NCBI GenBank assembly: GCA_051294905.1
Contig: JBPPKV010000017.1
Span: 124,001-188,000, forward strand
DNA from: Botryllus schlosseri
Taxonomy: Eukaryota
Direction: 5' to 3'
Length of the DNA stretch: 64,000 nucleotides
The notes under the pieces were generated by a model. The model had not been told where the DNA came from and ran no database searches. It worked only from the letters and a program-made list of their open reading frames with translations. Positions 36,914-47,870 of the stretch are shown piece by piece. Every line of letters starts with the position of its first letter. Position 1 is the stretch's first letter. The translations under genes and the position numbers were made by a program.

Positions 36914-37720
36914 ACACAGGGCTCGAAATGAAAGCGAGTGGCGCAATCGGATCCGCGTTGACTTTCTGAATCGAACGCTACCTTGGCTGTCGTGTTCCAA
37001 TCCCATTAAGGTACAGTTTTTCGTTTTTAAAAATTGAAGCAAAATTTTTCGAAAATTGCAGCCGGTGCCAATCGGTTAAAGCAGCTATTTCCAAGACATG
37101 AAAAACTACTTCATGTAGAGCAGTGGTTCCCAAACGGTGAGGAATTCCCCACTAGTGGGGAATCCAGTGGTTTCTACTCTAGTGGGGAATAGACGCGTTT
37201 ATTCAAAATTATCTGCAGGACAGTCTTCATATTCACATAGACACATGCGCAACTCAGTATTGGGATGACTCGAGTCACTTTGCTAAAATGACTTGACTCG
37301 GCATATCAGAAATGTGGATTGACTCGTGCCTCGAAGCAAAATGCACGAGTCAATTTCAAGTCATCTGGTAACCGGTGCCGATAAAAATCACTGTATCTTA
37401 CATATGGTTGGATTGCACGCGAAACGCTGGAGTAACCCGTGAGAGCGACTAATCATTCAATGATCGTGCGTTTCACTGAGCCTCCATTGTTCAGTCACAA
37501 ATAGGGCTGGGCACAATGAATCGAGTAATAATTTTAATGATTCGAGTCGAGTAGTAAAAGTCGATTTTTTCGAATACTGAAATTATACGCTCCTTGCCAC
37601 TGAAAGTTAATTCATCAATGAGAATGATAATTACGATACCATTTTCCACTGTGGAAGCCTTTGAAACCTTGATAGCCGTATCGCAGCATAAGAAACAGTA
37701 CAAAGCTCCTAACGCTACTG
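36914..37720. mobile_element. Cluster of nested or truncated hAT-type MITE ends
   Basis: Successive termini cagggctcgaaat (36914), cagtggttcccaaac (37122), cagtattgggatgactcg (37256), tagggctgggcac (37501). Confidence 0.6.
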
Positions 37721-37900
37721 AAAATAACACATTTCCAAAGTCATGATCATCCCACAACATAGTCACAAAGTGCAATGAAATCGGTACGGTCGAAGAAATT
37801 GCAAAGTATCTTTAATGTGATGGATAACTAAGCATCATGTTCTTTGTGGTAGTATAAAAGGTACTCATTCGATCTTTGACATATTACATTCTATTATGAC

Positions 37901-39102
37901 TAGAGCCCGACCTATATTGGATTTTTGAGCCGATACCGATAAAACCGAAATCCAGCACCTTCACCGATAACCCCGATATATTCAGCCGATATTCAAAAGA
38001 TATGGCATCTAGCTCAAGGCACATATTTAACACCTCAAGAGTATTTCTTTGAACAGATTTACAGCCATTGCCATGCTTGAACATGAAAGGAATGATCTAT
38101 AATAAATATATTAATAGCACCAGTCTAGCAGTTGCAGATTACAGTTCACAAAGCATAATTTCTCGCCTCTCTCTCCAGGAAGTGAACTTCTGTGGTCTTC
38201 ATAAATGATGCATGTAGTACTAAACACATTGAGTGGGCTTTCACTTGGTACCATAGTTAGTGGCAGAGCAAGAATTGGAAATCTTTCTTTATTCCGGTTC
38301 CACCACTCCGCTGCAGGAGATCTTTCCTTCAATGGTTCCACCAAATATTGATATTCTTCTGGCAGTGCACCTGGAGCTTTCAGCACATCTTTAACAAATA
38401 GTTGAAGAGAACATTGTTCACGTCCGCTACTGCTCCACCCATTCCCTTGGGCCTTGACCATGACCAGCATTTCAGCAATCAATTGATCAATATTTGACGC
38501 TCTTTTAACAGCATCGGCCCATGTCATCATGGAATCAAATATTTTCGTATGAATTGTTGGCTCTGCTCCACTTTTGCTTGATTTTCTTGCACTCTACTAG
38601 TCTCGCATATTCCCCATCATGGTGGCCGCTCAGGCCTCAGTCAGATGACTTCATATATTACTGGTATTTTTTGCTTTGTTGCCTTGGCTTGTGAGCTTCT
38701 TACACAGACACCACCAGCACTATTTACAGAAAATTGTTTCGACGCTACACTTCTCTCCATCATCAGAGGGTCAGTCCAGCATTAAATCCATCCAGCTGCT
38801 TTCTGTCTTCGGTATTCTATCATTGCAGGGGGATTCCCACGAAGTCACTGGGGCATAACGGTGAAAGTATATTTCTCACATAGGGCTACTGGCCTGCATG
38901 CACTATGCCGCTTGGCCATTTATTTTTATAATTTACCGACATGCAGTGAAGACCTCACATCTTCTCTGGCTCCCTACCACCTTGTTGTGACGTCACGAAA
39001 ATGGCCGATATTTTTTTACCTCCAATGGCCGATACCGATATTTCTTTCCAAGTGTGATATCGACTCGATATTATCGGCGAGCCGATAATCGGTCGGGCTC
39101 TA
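37901..39102 (-). mobile_element. 1.2 kb internally deleted hAT transposon retaining the hATC dimerisation domain
   Basis: TIR tagagcccgacc...ggtcgggctcta with ccgata subterminal repeats. ORF 38111-38530 reads PAAEWWNRNKERFPILA...PSESPLNVFSTTCIIYEDHRSSL (Dimer_Tnp_hAT-like). Confidence 0.9.
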
Positions 39103-39160
39103 GTAATGAGTATGTTACCTATCCGCTAGTAGTGCTGTCGGTCACAACATCGCTAGTTCT

Positions 39161-39736
39161 ACAGATAACTAACCTACGGATAGATAGCCAACAGCCGTCG
39201 TCACGCTTGCTTGCTCGGAGGAAAATACTGCTCAGCAATCTGAACTCAACGTAATTGCCAATCCCATAGCTGACGACCCGAGCGCTCAAATTTAACAAAG
39301 TTGATCTTATTAGAAAGCTACTGTGGCACTGATTCCGAAAATATACATTAAACTTTCGTCAAGGCAAAAGAACCAGCCCGAAATAGCGTTCAAAGTCTGA
39401 AAATCGTTATTGTTCCAGACAATCGTATGGACGCACCACAATGACCATAACAATAACCCTTGCGTGTCCTCGATTGTTCAGAACAATGCCAATTTTCAGA
39501 CTTTGAGGTGTATTTCGAGGCGGTTCCATTGCCCCGATCGGATTTGAATGTATATTTTCGGAATCAGTGCGACAGTAGCGTTCAAATAAGATCAACTTTA
39601 TTCAATTTGAGCGCTCGGGTCGTCAGCTATGGGATTGGCAATTACGTTGAGTTCAGATTGCTGAGCAGTATTTTCCTCCGAGCAAGCAAGCGTGACGACG
39701 GCTGTTGGCTATCTATCCGTAGGTTAGTTATCTATA
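39161..39736. mobile_element. MITE with ~190-bp TIRs, present in copy 1 only
   Basis: Long inverted arms (agataactaacctacggatagatagccaac...). Flanked by CTAGTTCT at 39153-39160 and 39737-39744. Empty site at 60256-60263. Confidence 0.95.
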
Positions 39737-39947
39737 CTAGTTCTCAAAGCGGAGTCTCCATGCCAGCTACGTTGTAAATTGCTATGATTCTATCTTTCAA
39801 ATAAGATTTTACCCATTCTAATGCCACGCTATAGTGTTGTCTTAGCGGCCTGTATTAAATTACTTGCGGACCACAACTTTGCCGACAACTGAGATGGAGG
39901 ATGGTAATGATGATTTTGATTAGCAATCTTGTTCATCTCTATCTCTC

Positions 39948-39963
39948 AAGCTCTCTCTCTCTT

Positions 39964-40004
<41 letters not shown>
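39948..40004. repeat. (CT)n microsatellite (duplicated at ~60467-60523)
   Basis: Direct sequence; same length in both copies. Confidence 0.9.
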
Positions 40005-40007
<3 letters not shown>

Positions 40008-40147
40008 ATTCACTGGTTCACCCAAAGTCACTCAACTATGACAAGTCGTCCGAACGTATTTTCATGGAGCGAGAAATGTTGCACAACTTGATGTTTTGTA
40101 GTTGAGTGACTTTGGGTTCACCGACCCGAACGATTTGATGACTTTGT

Positions 40148-40173
40148 TTACGTCACGTGATTCGATTACGTCA
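40148..40173 (+). promoter_or_regulatory. Candidate NBR1 promoter motifs: CLEAR/E-box-like GTCACGTGAT and two TTACGTCA (CRE/ATF-like) sites
   Basis: GTCACGTGAT at 40152-40161; TTACGTCA at 40148-40155 and 40166-40173; about 1.3 kb upstream of the NBR1 ATG exon. Motif match only. Confidence 0.35.
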
Positions 40174-40505
40174 AGAACAAAAATATCACATGATGGCTGA
40201 ATCGATCTAGAAGAGGATCATCATTGGTTTGCTATATCTCTCGAGATGCCGCGATGCGGGTAAACATTCTTTGGATTACCTGGGTTTTTAGAATATGCAT
40301 CAACATTCAACATAGTATAATATGCGGTAGCAAAGTATCGGGTGTCAATTAGAAACGGAGTGGCTTGTTTCGTTCGTGGTTCGTTCAGTTGAGCTCTTCA
40401 ATTTCTTTTCAATTTCACTTAATATTGATTGCGACACAGTGCAAAGCTAGAAAGGTCTCCATTGGACTTGGAGTAGTCCTTAAAATCAGCGTGTACTCTG
40501 GTATA

Positions 40506-40930
40506 CACTACAAAACATAACTTGCAGTTTAGGTCTTGATGTCATATTCATACTTGGTCTCAAGTCATATTCAGTCTTACTGATCTGATGAAGTGAGGTC
40601 TTAAAATTGAGACTGATTTAGCTTTTTAAGACCGTATTGATTGAATTGTCACAAATCATAATTATTTGGTCTTGAGATTAGACCAATAAGCCAATGTATA
40701 AAAACGCATCTTTTAAGACATATTGATCTTATTGAGACAATTTTTGATGCATCAGTTTTTTTGTCTCGTTTCCAAGACTAATTTTGCTAATAAAAAACGG
40801 TCTGTGGTCTTGAAAACCTAGCATTTTGAAGCAATTTTTTGATGCATTTGATTTGTGATGTCTTGTTTTATTATGAATTTTGCTAATCAAGGAACTGCTG
40901 CAATGGTCTGTGGTCTTATGGTGTCAATAC
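40506..40930 (+). mobile_element. Possible CACTA/EnSpm-type non-autonomous element (5' part)
   Basis: Starts CACTACAAAA, followed by many ggtctt/aagac subterminal motifs in both orientations. No matching 3' TIR seen. Confidence 0.35.
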
Positions 40931-41438
40931 AACTTATAATCGTCTTTGAAATCAAAATAAGATGTCCACCCTCTTCATTTGTTGAGTGAAGATAAGTGGA
41001 GCTGTCATCAGCCATATTTGAAAAATTAGTGTTTAGGGTAGTTAGGTCTATAATGAATATAATCAAAGAATTTTCAACCGTAGACCGTAAATAGGCCTAT
41101 TTTTTCAAATCCAAAATTGTCTACTGCACTATAATGTGCAGCATTTCTTTTATAGCTTAAAGGCAGCCCAACTATTTCATCAAGGAGCCAGTAAAATTTG
41201 AAATGAATGTTATTTTTGAAGTAGGCTACAAGTACAAGTCGAGTCGATATACAAATTGACTCGAGTCGAGTCATTTTTAAGCAAATAAGTCAAGTCGAGT
41301 GAACGGAAAATAGCGACTCGAGTCATGACGTTGAACAACATATTGAATTGTGCAGCAAATCTTTTTGAATGTTATTATACACTTACTGAAACAATTCCAT
41401 TCTTAAGCACAGCCTACGTATCATAGCTAAAATAGCAG

Positions 41439-44400
41439 ATGTCTAGTTTTTTCGGTAGCCTGGTGAACAGTCTTAATTCAAACCAAAGTAAAAGTTACGA
41501 CGACGACATGGCGAGGTGTTACAACCTTTATGTGCATCACAATGAGGCCATGGATATTGATGACGATGTCATGGAACCGACGGCGTTTCAAATTCCGACA
41601 CACATGCAATGGGGGGACATACTCGGATTGGTAAGTTGGCGCTGAATAGTGGCAGTGACTCCAAATATTATATAGTCCTATAGAAGATTGCAATATAGTT
41701 TCATAGATCAGTATCGAGACTTTATAGTTCCATTGGTGTCAATCTTGAAACACAAAAGAAATTAGAGGCTGACTCAAACCGTCCGATAACCTCAATTGTC
41801 CCACCTATTTATTATACTAAAAATTACATGTACACTATACCTATATCTCCCATTTGATAGTTTATGTATCTATATCTAAATAGTAAAAAGTTCAATCATA
41901 TTGTCGCAGTGGAATCAAAGTGGCTCATGTTTATTTGACACATTTTGATCAAATTAATTTTACGTGATGTTTTCATCTTCTATCAGCTATATATTTGCCC
42001 CGACTAACTTTGAAAAACCAAGACAGACATAAATACGGCCAAGTTATGACCGAAAAAACATTAAAAATTTTCAAAAAGTTGATTTTTTTCAAGTTTTAAA
42101 AATGGACCTTTAAAATTTGAAAACTGGACATAAGCTACTTTGATTCCACTGCGGCGACATGCAGACAGTTGAACAACAAAATATTGGTCGGCATTTCCAA
42201 ATTGTTCTAGAATTGAAATTGTAGCCACACTTATTTTTCCAAATTAAATTAAAATTAGAATTACTGAATTCGCAAAAACTTTCCAATTTAATTTAATCCT
42301 GAACTAGAAAGAAATGGTGATAAATATTTGTAGCGCTTGATGAGGGGGCGTCGAGTCGAAAAAGGTTGGGAACCACTGTTTCGTATGCCGTGATACAAGC
42401 AATTGAGGTTTCAAGGCTTCCACAACGGACAATAGGCCTAGTATCGAAAGCATACTTCTCGTTGATAAATCAGCTCTTAGTTGCTAGGAGCGTATCATTT
42501 TAGTACTCGAATAAGTTATCTTTCGTTACTCGGCATTGATCATAACAATTAGTAGTGGAATCAGAGGCTTTTACCCCACTGGCAGTTTTCAGGCCTTTCA
42601 TTTTCTGCCACCACAACGTACAGTTTTGACATGTCTTGAAAACCTTCGTTACTGAACATCTCTGGAAACTACAACAGGAATATTCTACTCTGTAAATACT
42701 TTGTTGTAAGATTTCCTCTGTGAAGTTCTGTTATTTTAAATTGTGACAGATCAAAGCCCTTTGTCGGAGAGGCCTTTGATTGTAGCCGCGCCGTCCGATA
42801 CCGAGGAGGAGCCGAAGACTTTAGAGAACGAAGTCGATCAGACGCAGGAAGAAGTCGAGGTCAGCCGTTAACCCGTTTGTAGCTTTTCGCGGTCGTAAAG
42901 ACGCATTTAGATTTGTCGGAAGGGTCGCATACTGTTAACAGTTGATTGGAATTGTGTGAATCATCTTGGCGACTAACACAAATAGATGCAATGTTCAGAA
43001 ATGTATTGTTCACCACGATATGGGTGCTATTTTGTCCGGTCGTTTTGACAATTTCATTCACACATGTGATGGAATCATCCCGAAACTGCCTTCTATTTAC
43101 CAAAATCTAAAGTGTCAAAGTTGAATGGTTTCGGCTAAAAATGTGTTTTAATTGAAGTAGAAATAATCATCTAACATAAACGCTTGAGTAGTGCAAGTAA
43201 GTAATACGTACTCGAGTATAGAACTACTGCATTACTGACCACTTGATACTTTACCCAAGTAGAAGTAGTTCCATGAATGAAGTAATGAACCGACGTGGAT
43301 AGAATATGTTTGCCCTGTAGACGCATGCAATTATGACGGTAACAATGCGTGCGTTTTATTGACAGAACGATATTGAGAACTTCACGGAGCCGCACACGCA
43401 TTCTTTCAGTTCCGACGAGGAAAGCGACGCCGAAGATGAGGTTTGTATTATTCTATTGAAATTAAATTCAACGGTATGCTTGTTTCCGGTAGAATTTGCC
43501 ATACAAAATTTGAAGTGGGATTTTGTGTCTTGTGCTGTCAACAGGTGTGGTTAAATATGATAGCGTAATGGTGAAGCGAATTTAACGGCGCTTATTCAAA
43601 AGTCTCTTTCACATACAACTTATCCGAAATGAGTTGTAGGCTACGTTTAAACAGCTTCATATAACTAGGCGATTATTCAAATCCAACTTTTGACATTTTT
43701 TGACCTTGTGTATGTAAATCAGGTGTTTTCCCACATAATATAAGAATTGTACTAGTTATCTTCATATCTGGTTGGAACTGTCTGTCCTTACGAAATGGTT
43801 TGACCTGGAAAAACTTTTTTGACATATTTTTACATGAAAAAAACTTCATTCTACCCAAATCTTGCCCTATGAAGAATTCCAGTAGTCACATCACGTATGA
43901 TAGTAGAAATAATACAAATTTGTTGTAGTGCAACGAAAGATACTTTCCTACATTCTCGGGTAGAAAGTGTCTGACCTTCCTGAGTAGCTTGCCAAGAATG
44001 GAGGAAGAACGTTCGACAGCAGCAATTGTGGTCGTTGCCCCGAATATTTTAATGACTTCTTCTTCAATGACTTCTTGTTCTGCGCTATCTGTTCATTTAT
44101 AAATAGATGAATAATTTCCTTGTCAACCAATTGACTTAGGGCTTAACTGTCGATTATTATTACAGCCAGAAGATAGTGGATCTGAAGTGGCCGAACCGGA
44201 GAGGGCCAGCTCCGAAGATCTGCAAAGCGTGGACTACGCCTTGGAGGAGGAGCCGCCCTCTATGATGTCATTTGTGGTCGTACCACTGCCGGATTGCTTC
44301 GACGTGAACAAGCCTCTCAACGAGTCGCAGTACACCGAAGAAGGTTTGACAACTAGAATATTTTCAGCAGTATTCAAATTAGGATTGGAATGATAGCTAC

Positions 44401-46250
44401 ACATTTTTTTCAGTATCAGAATTAGTGAATTCGCAAAACATGATAATTGAATTAAATGTCTAATTGGTAAGAATTACAATAATAATCGAGTTCCAATTCA
44501 TATCAAACAGGAAATCATACTCATAAGCGTGAGACTGGCGAATGTCTGTACAGCAAGCTTGGCTTGTTAGTCAATATACGGTTTTCGTGTAGCTATTTGA
44601 GGGAAACCGATAAATTGATATAAATTATAATTGGATCATAGGAAATTTCACAAATTAGATTGAAAGAATTAGAGCACACAAACATTTCACTCCAATTACG
44701 CTAATTAGACAACTAGAATTACTTAGTTATCCAAATCCGGCTAGTGTCAGAGATGGGCAGATTCAATATTTTTTTAAATTTAAAATTTTTTTAATAATTT
44801 TATTTTACAAATTCAATTTTTTTAATTCAGACGCAAGCGTAGACTCCGCGGCGGGGCAAGAAAAAGACGTAGCCTCGCCGCAAAACGAAGAATCTCAACC
44901 TGGGTCCGTGACCCGCCCCGAGAATGCGTCCCTCCCCGAAACGGAGACCCTCCCGAAATCGACCGCCCCACACATCGTAATACCACCCAACCCAGACACA
45001 ACCGGTCCGCCATCGAGCGGGGGTGTCACCCCTCAGTCTGTCGATAATGAATCGCTGACCGAACGTATTCATAAAGAATTTGACGAGTTTTTGGCCAACC
45101 CGGACCATCCCGTGGAGTGCCCCGCCACAAAACCAAAAGTCCCGATGAACCAAATGTCATCCGCGTCGCCGGCTAAAATCGTGCTTTATGCGCAAGAACC
45201 GAAACCAGTCCCGAATTCTGTGTTGAATGTCGACGCCCCGTACCGAATCCCGAATTCAACCACTGCCCCGCCGTTCCCGCCTTTTGAACAAGGTTGGGCT
45301 CGAAACCCGATTCCAGTACCACAGTCTGTCGTCGATAGCGACCCGTCGTCAGGTGAAAAACCAGTTCCAGCCCCTCGGGGCACCGCCGGGGCTAGTCAGC
45401 CGACCTTGGAGTTTGCAGGGGTGTTTCCGACCGAGCCATTTGCGGTGGCGTCTCCGAGTCATAGTATACAGGACGACAGACAGACGCAGGAGAGATTGCG
45501 TCTGCCCAGAATACCGAGTCTTGAAACCGTAAGTTTCGCATTTTCTTAAATATCAAGTTTCTCACCATTTTGTAAAAGGTTACCTGAATATTTTTCATAT
45601 TTAAAAAAAAAAATATATCCTGAACATCATCAGATTCGCATTTTCTGAAGTTTGAAGTATGAATTAATTTTGCAATTTTCAATTTTGAAATTTTCCAAAT
45701 CTAAAACTTACCCTCGATATCGTAAGTTTCGTGTTTTTTGAAATTTGAAATGTTTTTCACACTCTGGAGAAGAGAAAAATAACAAGAATATCGTCAGATT
45801 TGCATTTTTTGAAATCCGAAGTATGAAATTTTTTCTCATGTCAAAAAATTACCATCGATATCGTCAGTTTCATATTTTAAAAATAAAGAATTTTGAATAA
45901 TTGTCCACAGAGGTATTCGATTTTGCCTCTCTGGTTGACTTTACTCGAGCGCCAACGATATTTTTATCAATTGCATTGTTCCTTTCCAGGACGGAGCAGT
46001 TTCCGCAGACGGCCCCGGGTCATCCGACGATCAGGACCACGAAATATTCCACACGCCGCCCCCGAGCTTCCAGACCAGGCGCTATCAGGAGGTTGAGTTG
46101 GGCCCTCTCGACCAACTCTACGAGATGGGCTTTCACGACCTTGACTTGAACAGGGACATTTTCAACCAGTGCGCGGGTGACCTGACCCGCACCGTGCAGG
46201 CGTTAGTGTTGCGGGCCGACGCAGAACAGCAGTACGATGAAACGGCTTGA
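41439..46250 (+). pseudogene. NBR1: NBR1 autophagy receptor, internally deleted (first PB1 exon plus the 3' LIR-UBA exons)
   Basis: Exons 41439-41630 (YNLYVHHNE...AFQIPTHMQWGDILGL, like human VTLNVTFKNE...SFLV...TTWADIEAM), 42750-42859, 43366-43440, 44166-44343 (SFVVVPLPDCFDVNKPL, like the human LIR DYIIILPECFDTSRPL), 44831-45528, 45990-46250 (UBA LDQLYEMGFHDLDLNRDIF). The last five exons are in frame. No ZZ, FW or second PB1 exon was found. Coding status is uncertain. Confidence 0.8.
41903..42158. mobile_element. Small MITE with ~30-bp TIRs
   Basis: gtcgcagtggaatcaaagtggctcatgt ... acataagctactttgattccactgcggcgac. Confidence 0.75.
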
Positions 46251-46557
46251 AAAATGGGCTAAATTCAGGCCTTCGGATGCATTTCTTTGTGTGTAAATTC
46301 GATTTTGTTTGTAAGATATGTAATCCTTGATGATTTGCACGGCATTTTCGAGTTACAGACTGTCTGTAAAAAAAAAAACCGCTTGAATACTGTTGAAGCG
46401 TAAAAGTACTCCCTCTGCCAAGAATCAGTATTATGACCGGAGGCGTAATTTTACCTTAACCGTGGTGGAGAATTAGTCCTGTGAATTTCGAAACGTTGTG
46501 TACCAGCGAAGGCTTGCTCTCGATGATTGAACGTTAAATCGTCCAAGTCCGCGTTAC

Positions 46558-46910
46558 GTAGGGGTACCATACGTCCTCTTTTTTGACAGTTTTGAAAGTG
46601 TCAACGGAGGATGCCCAAATGTCCTCTTTTTAGAAAATTTTGGTTAAATTTATGTTAAAATTCAACGGCGATATAGGAAATCAGTACTCAAGTAACGTTA
46701 CGGCGGGCCTTTCGGGAGTTGACTCCAACGACGAATTCAATCAAAGTGTGTATTTCTGGAGTCGAGTCGGAAAAATGACCTTTTTTTTAGTCAACCAACT
46801 ACAAACTCCCAATAAATTTACCAATTTTTTTCGGGATTTTACCCCTATACTGTAAGTCCGGTGATCTTTAAAAAGTGTCCTCTTTTCAGATTCCCAAAAT
46901 ACGGTAACTC
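46558..46910. mobile_element. hAT-type MITE (degenerate)
   Basis: taggggtaccatacgtcctctttt ... gtcctcttttc...aaatacggtaactcca, resembling the tagggtgaccata family. Confidence 0.5.
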
Positions 46911-47870
46911 CAGCTTTGCGTAATTTTCCGCACTTAGCTCGCAGTCCAAATGGCGCCCTTTATGTGGGAGCGAGCGATGCTATTTGTTTGGCTGGTGTTT
47001 TTCTTTGATTTCCTGTGCAATAGGATTGTTACAGGCACATATTTTCCGGTTATTACAACTTTTGCTGTATAAGGAGTAGCAAGGGTATCGACCAGCCCGT
47101 ACAAGCTGGGTGAAGTGTGTTTCGCATGATACCTGCTTTCATTTATTGAATTTTCAACTAAATGTCCGGATAGTTGTGTGATATCATTGATTTATGTGAA
47201 TCTGCACTGTACCGTTTGTCTGTTACAATTTTGATGTGTGTACATTTCGACTTTTATCTGTGCTTTTGTCTGAAAACTTGTATAAACATTAAACAATGAC
47301 GGTTGTTAGTAGGTAAGAGCCTCTAATTCAAGTGCAAGATGCTTGTGAAAGGACAAAAGTTTGATACTAGGACTGAGGTTGCGTCAGGGAAATCTCTGTG
47401 GATTGAGTTGTTGGAGAGATACACGAGTGAGCTACATACATAGTGTATATATAGGCCTGTCTCCGTAGAGACTAAGAGCATCGTCACCAACGTGATTAAT
47501 ACATCCATTTAAAAAAGCATCAACGATTCACAGCTACAGATTACATTTCCTGTGATAAGCTTTTAAGAATGTCTTCATATCTTGGGTATTTTGTGGTAAA
47601 TATTGTCCGTCAACCCCACGGAAAACGATTGTACGTTGTACCGCATTGCAAGACGCGCGGAACATTGCATAATGACACTAGATACTGCATGAATGATGTG
47701 TCTCATCCACGGTTCACACAAGATACTGTTATTTGGTTCGGGTACCGAGAGCCATATGTTAGCTTAGTGAAGCGTGACAACCGGTACGCCATTTAAATCA
47801 TTTCATTGCAAACATCGAGTCGTTTTGTTTTGTGTGAAAATCCGTGTCTCCGTAAATTGTAATCAAAAAA

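Larger units (their letters stand above)
37901..43481 (+). repeat. Segmental duplication copy 1 (matches 59004-64000)
   Basis: Offset 21103 bp, becoming 20519 bp after a 584-bp indel. I saw 9 substitutions in about 5 kb. Confidence 0.97.

Noticed and set aside
44822-45383. Minus-strand ORFs 44822-45013, 44827-45153 and 45186-45383
   Set aside because: Antisense shadows of the GC-rich NBR1 exon.
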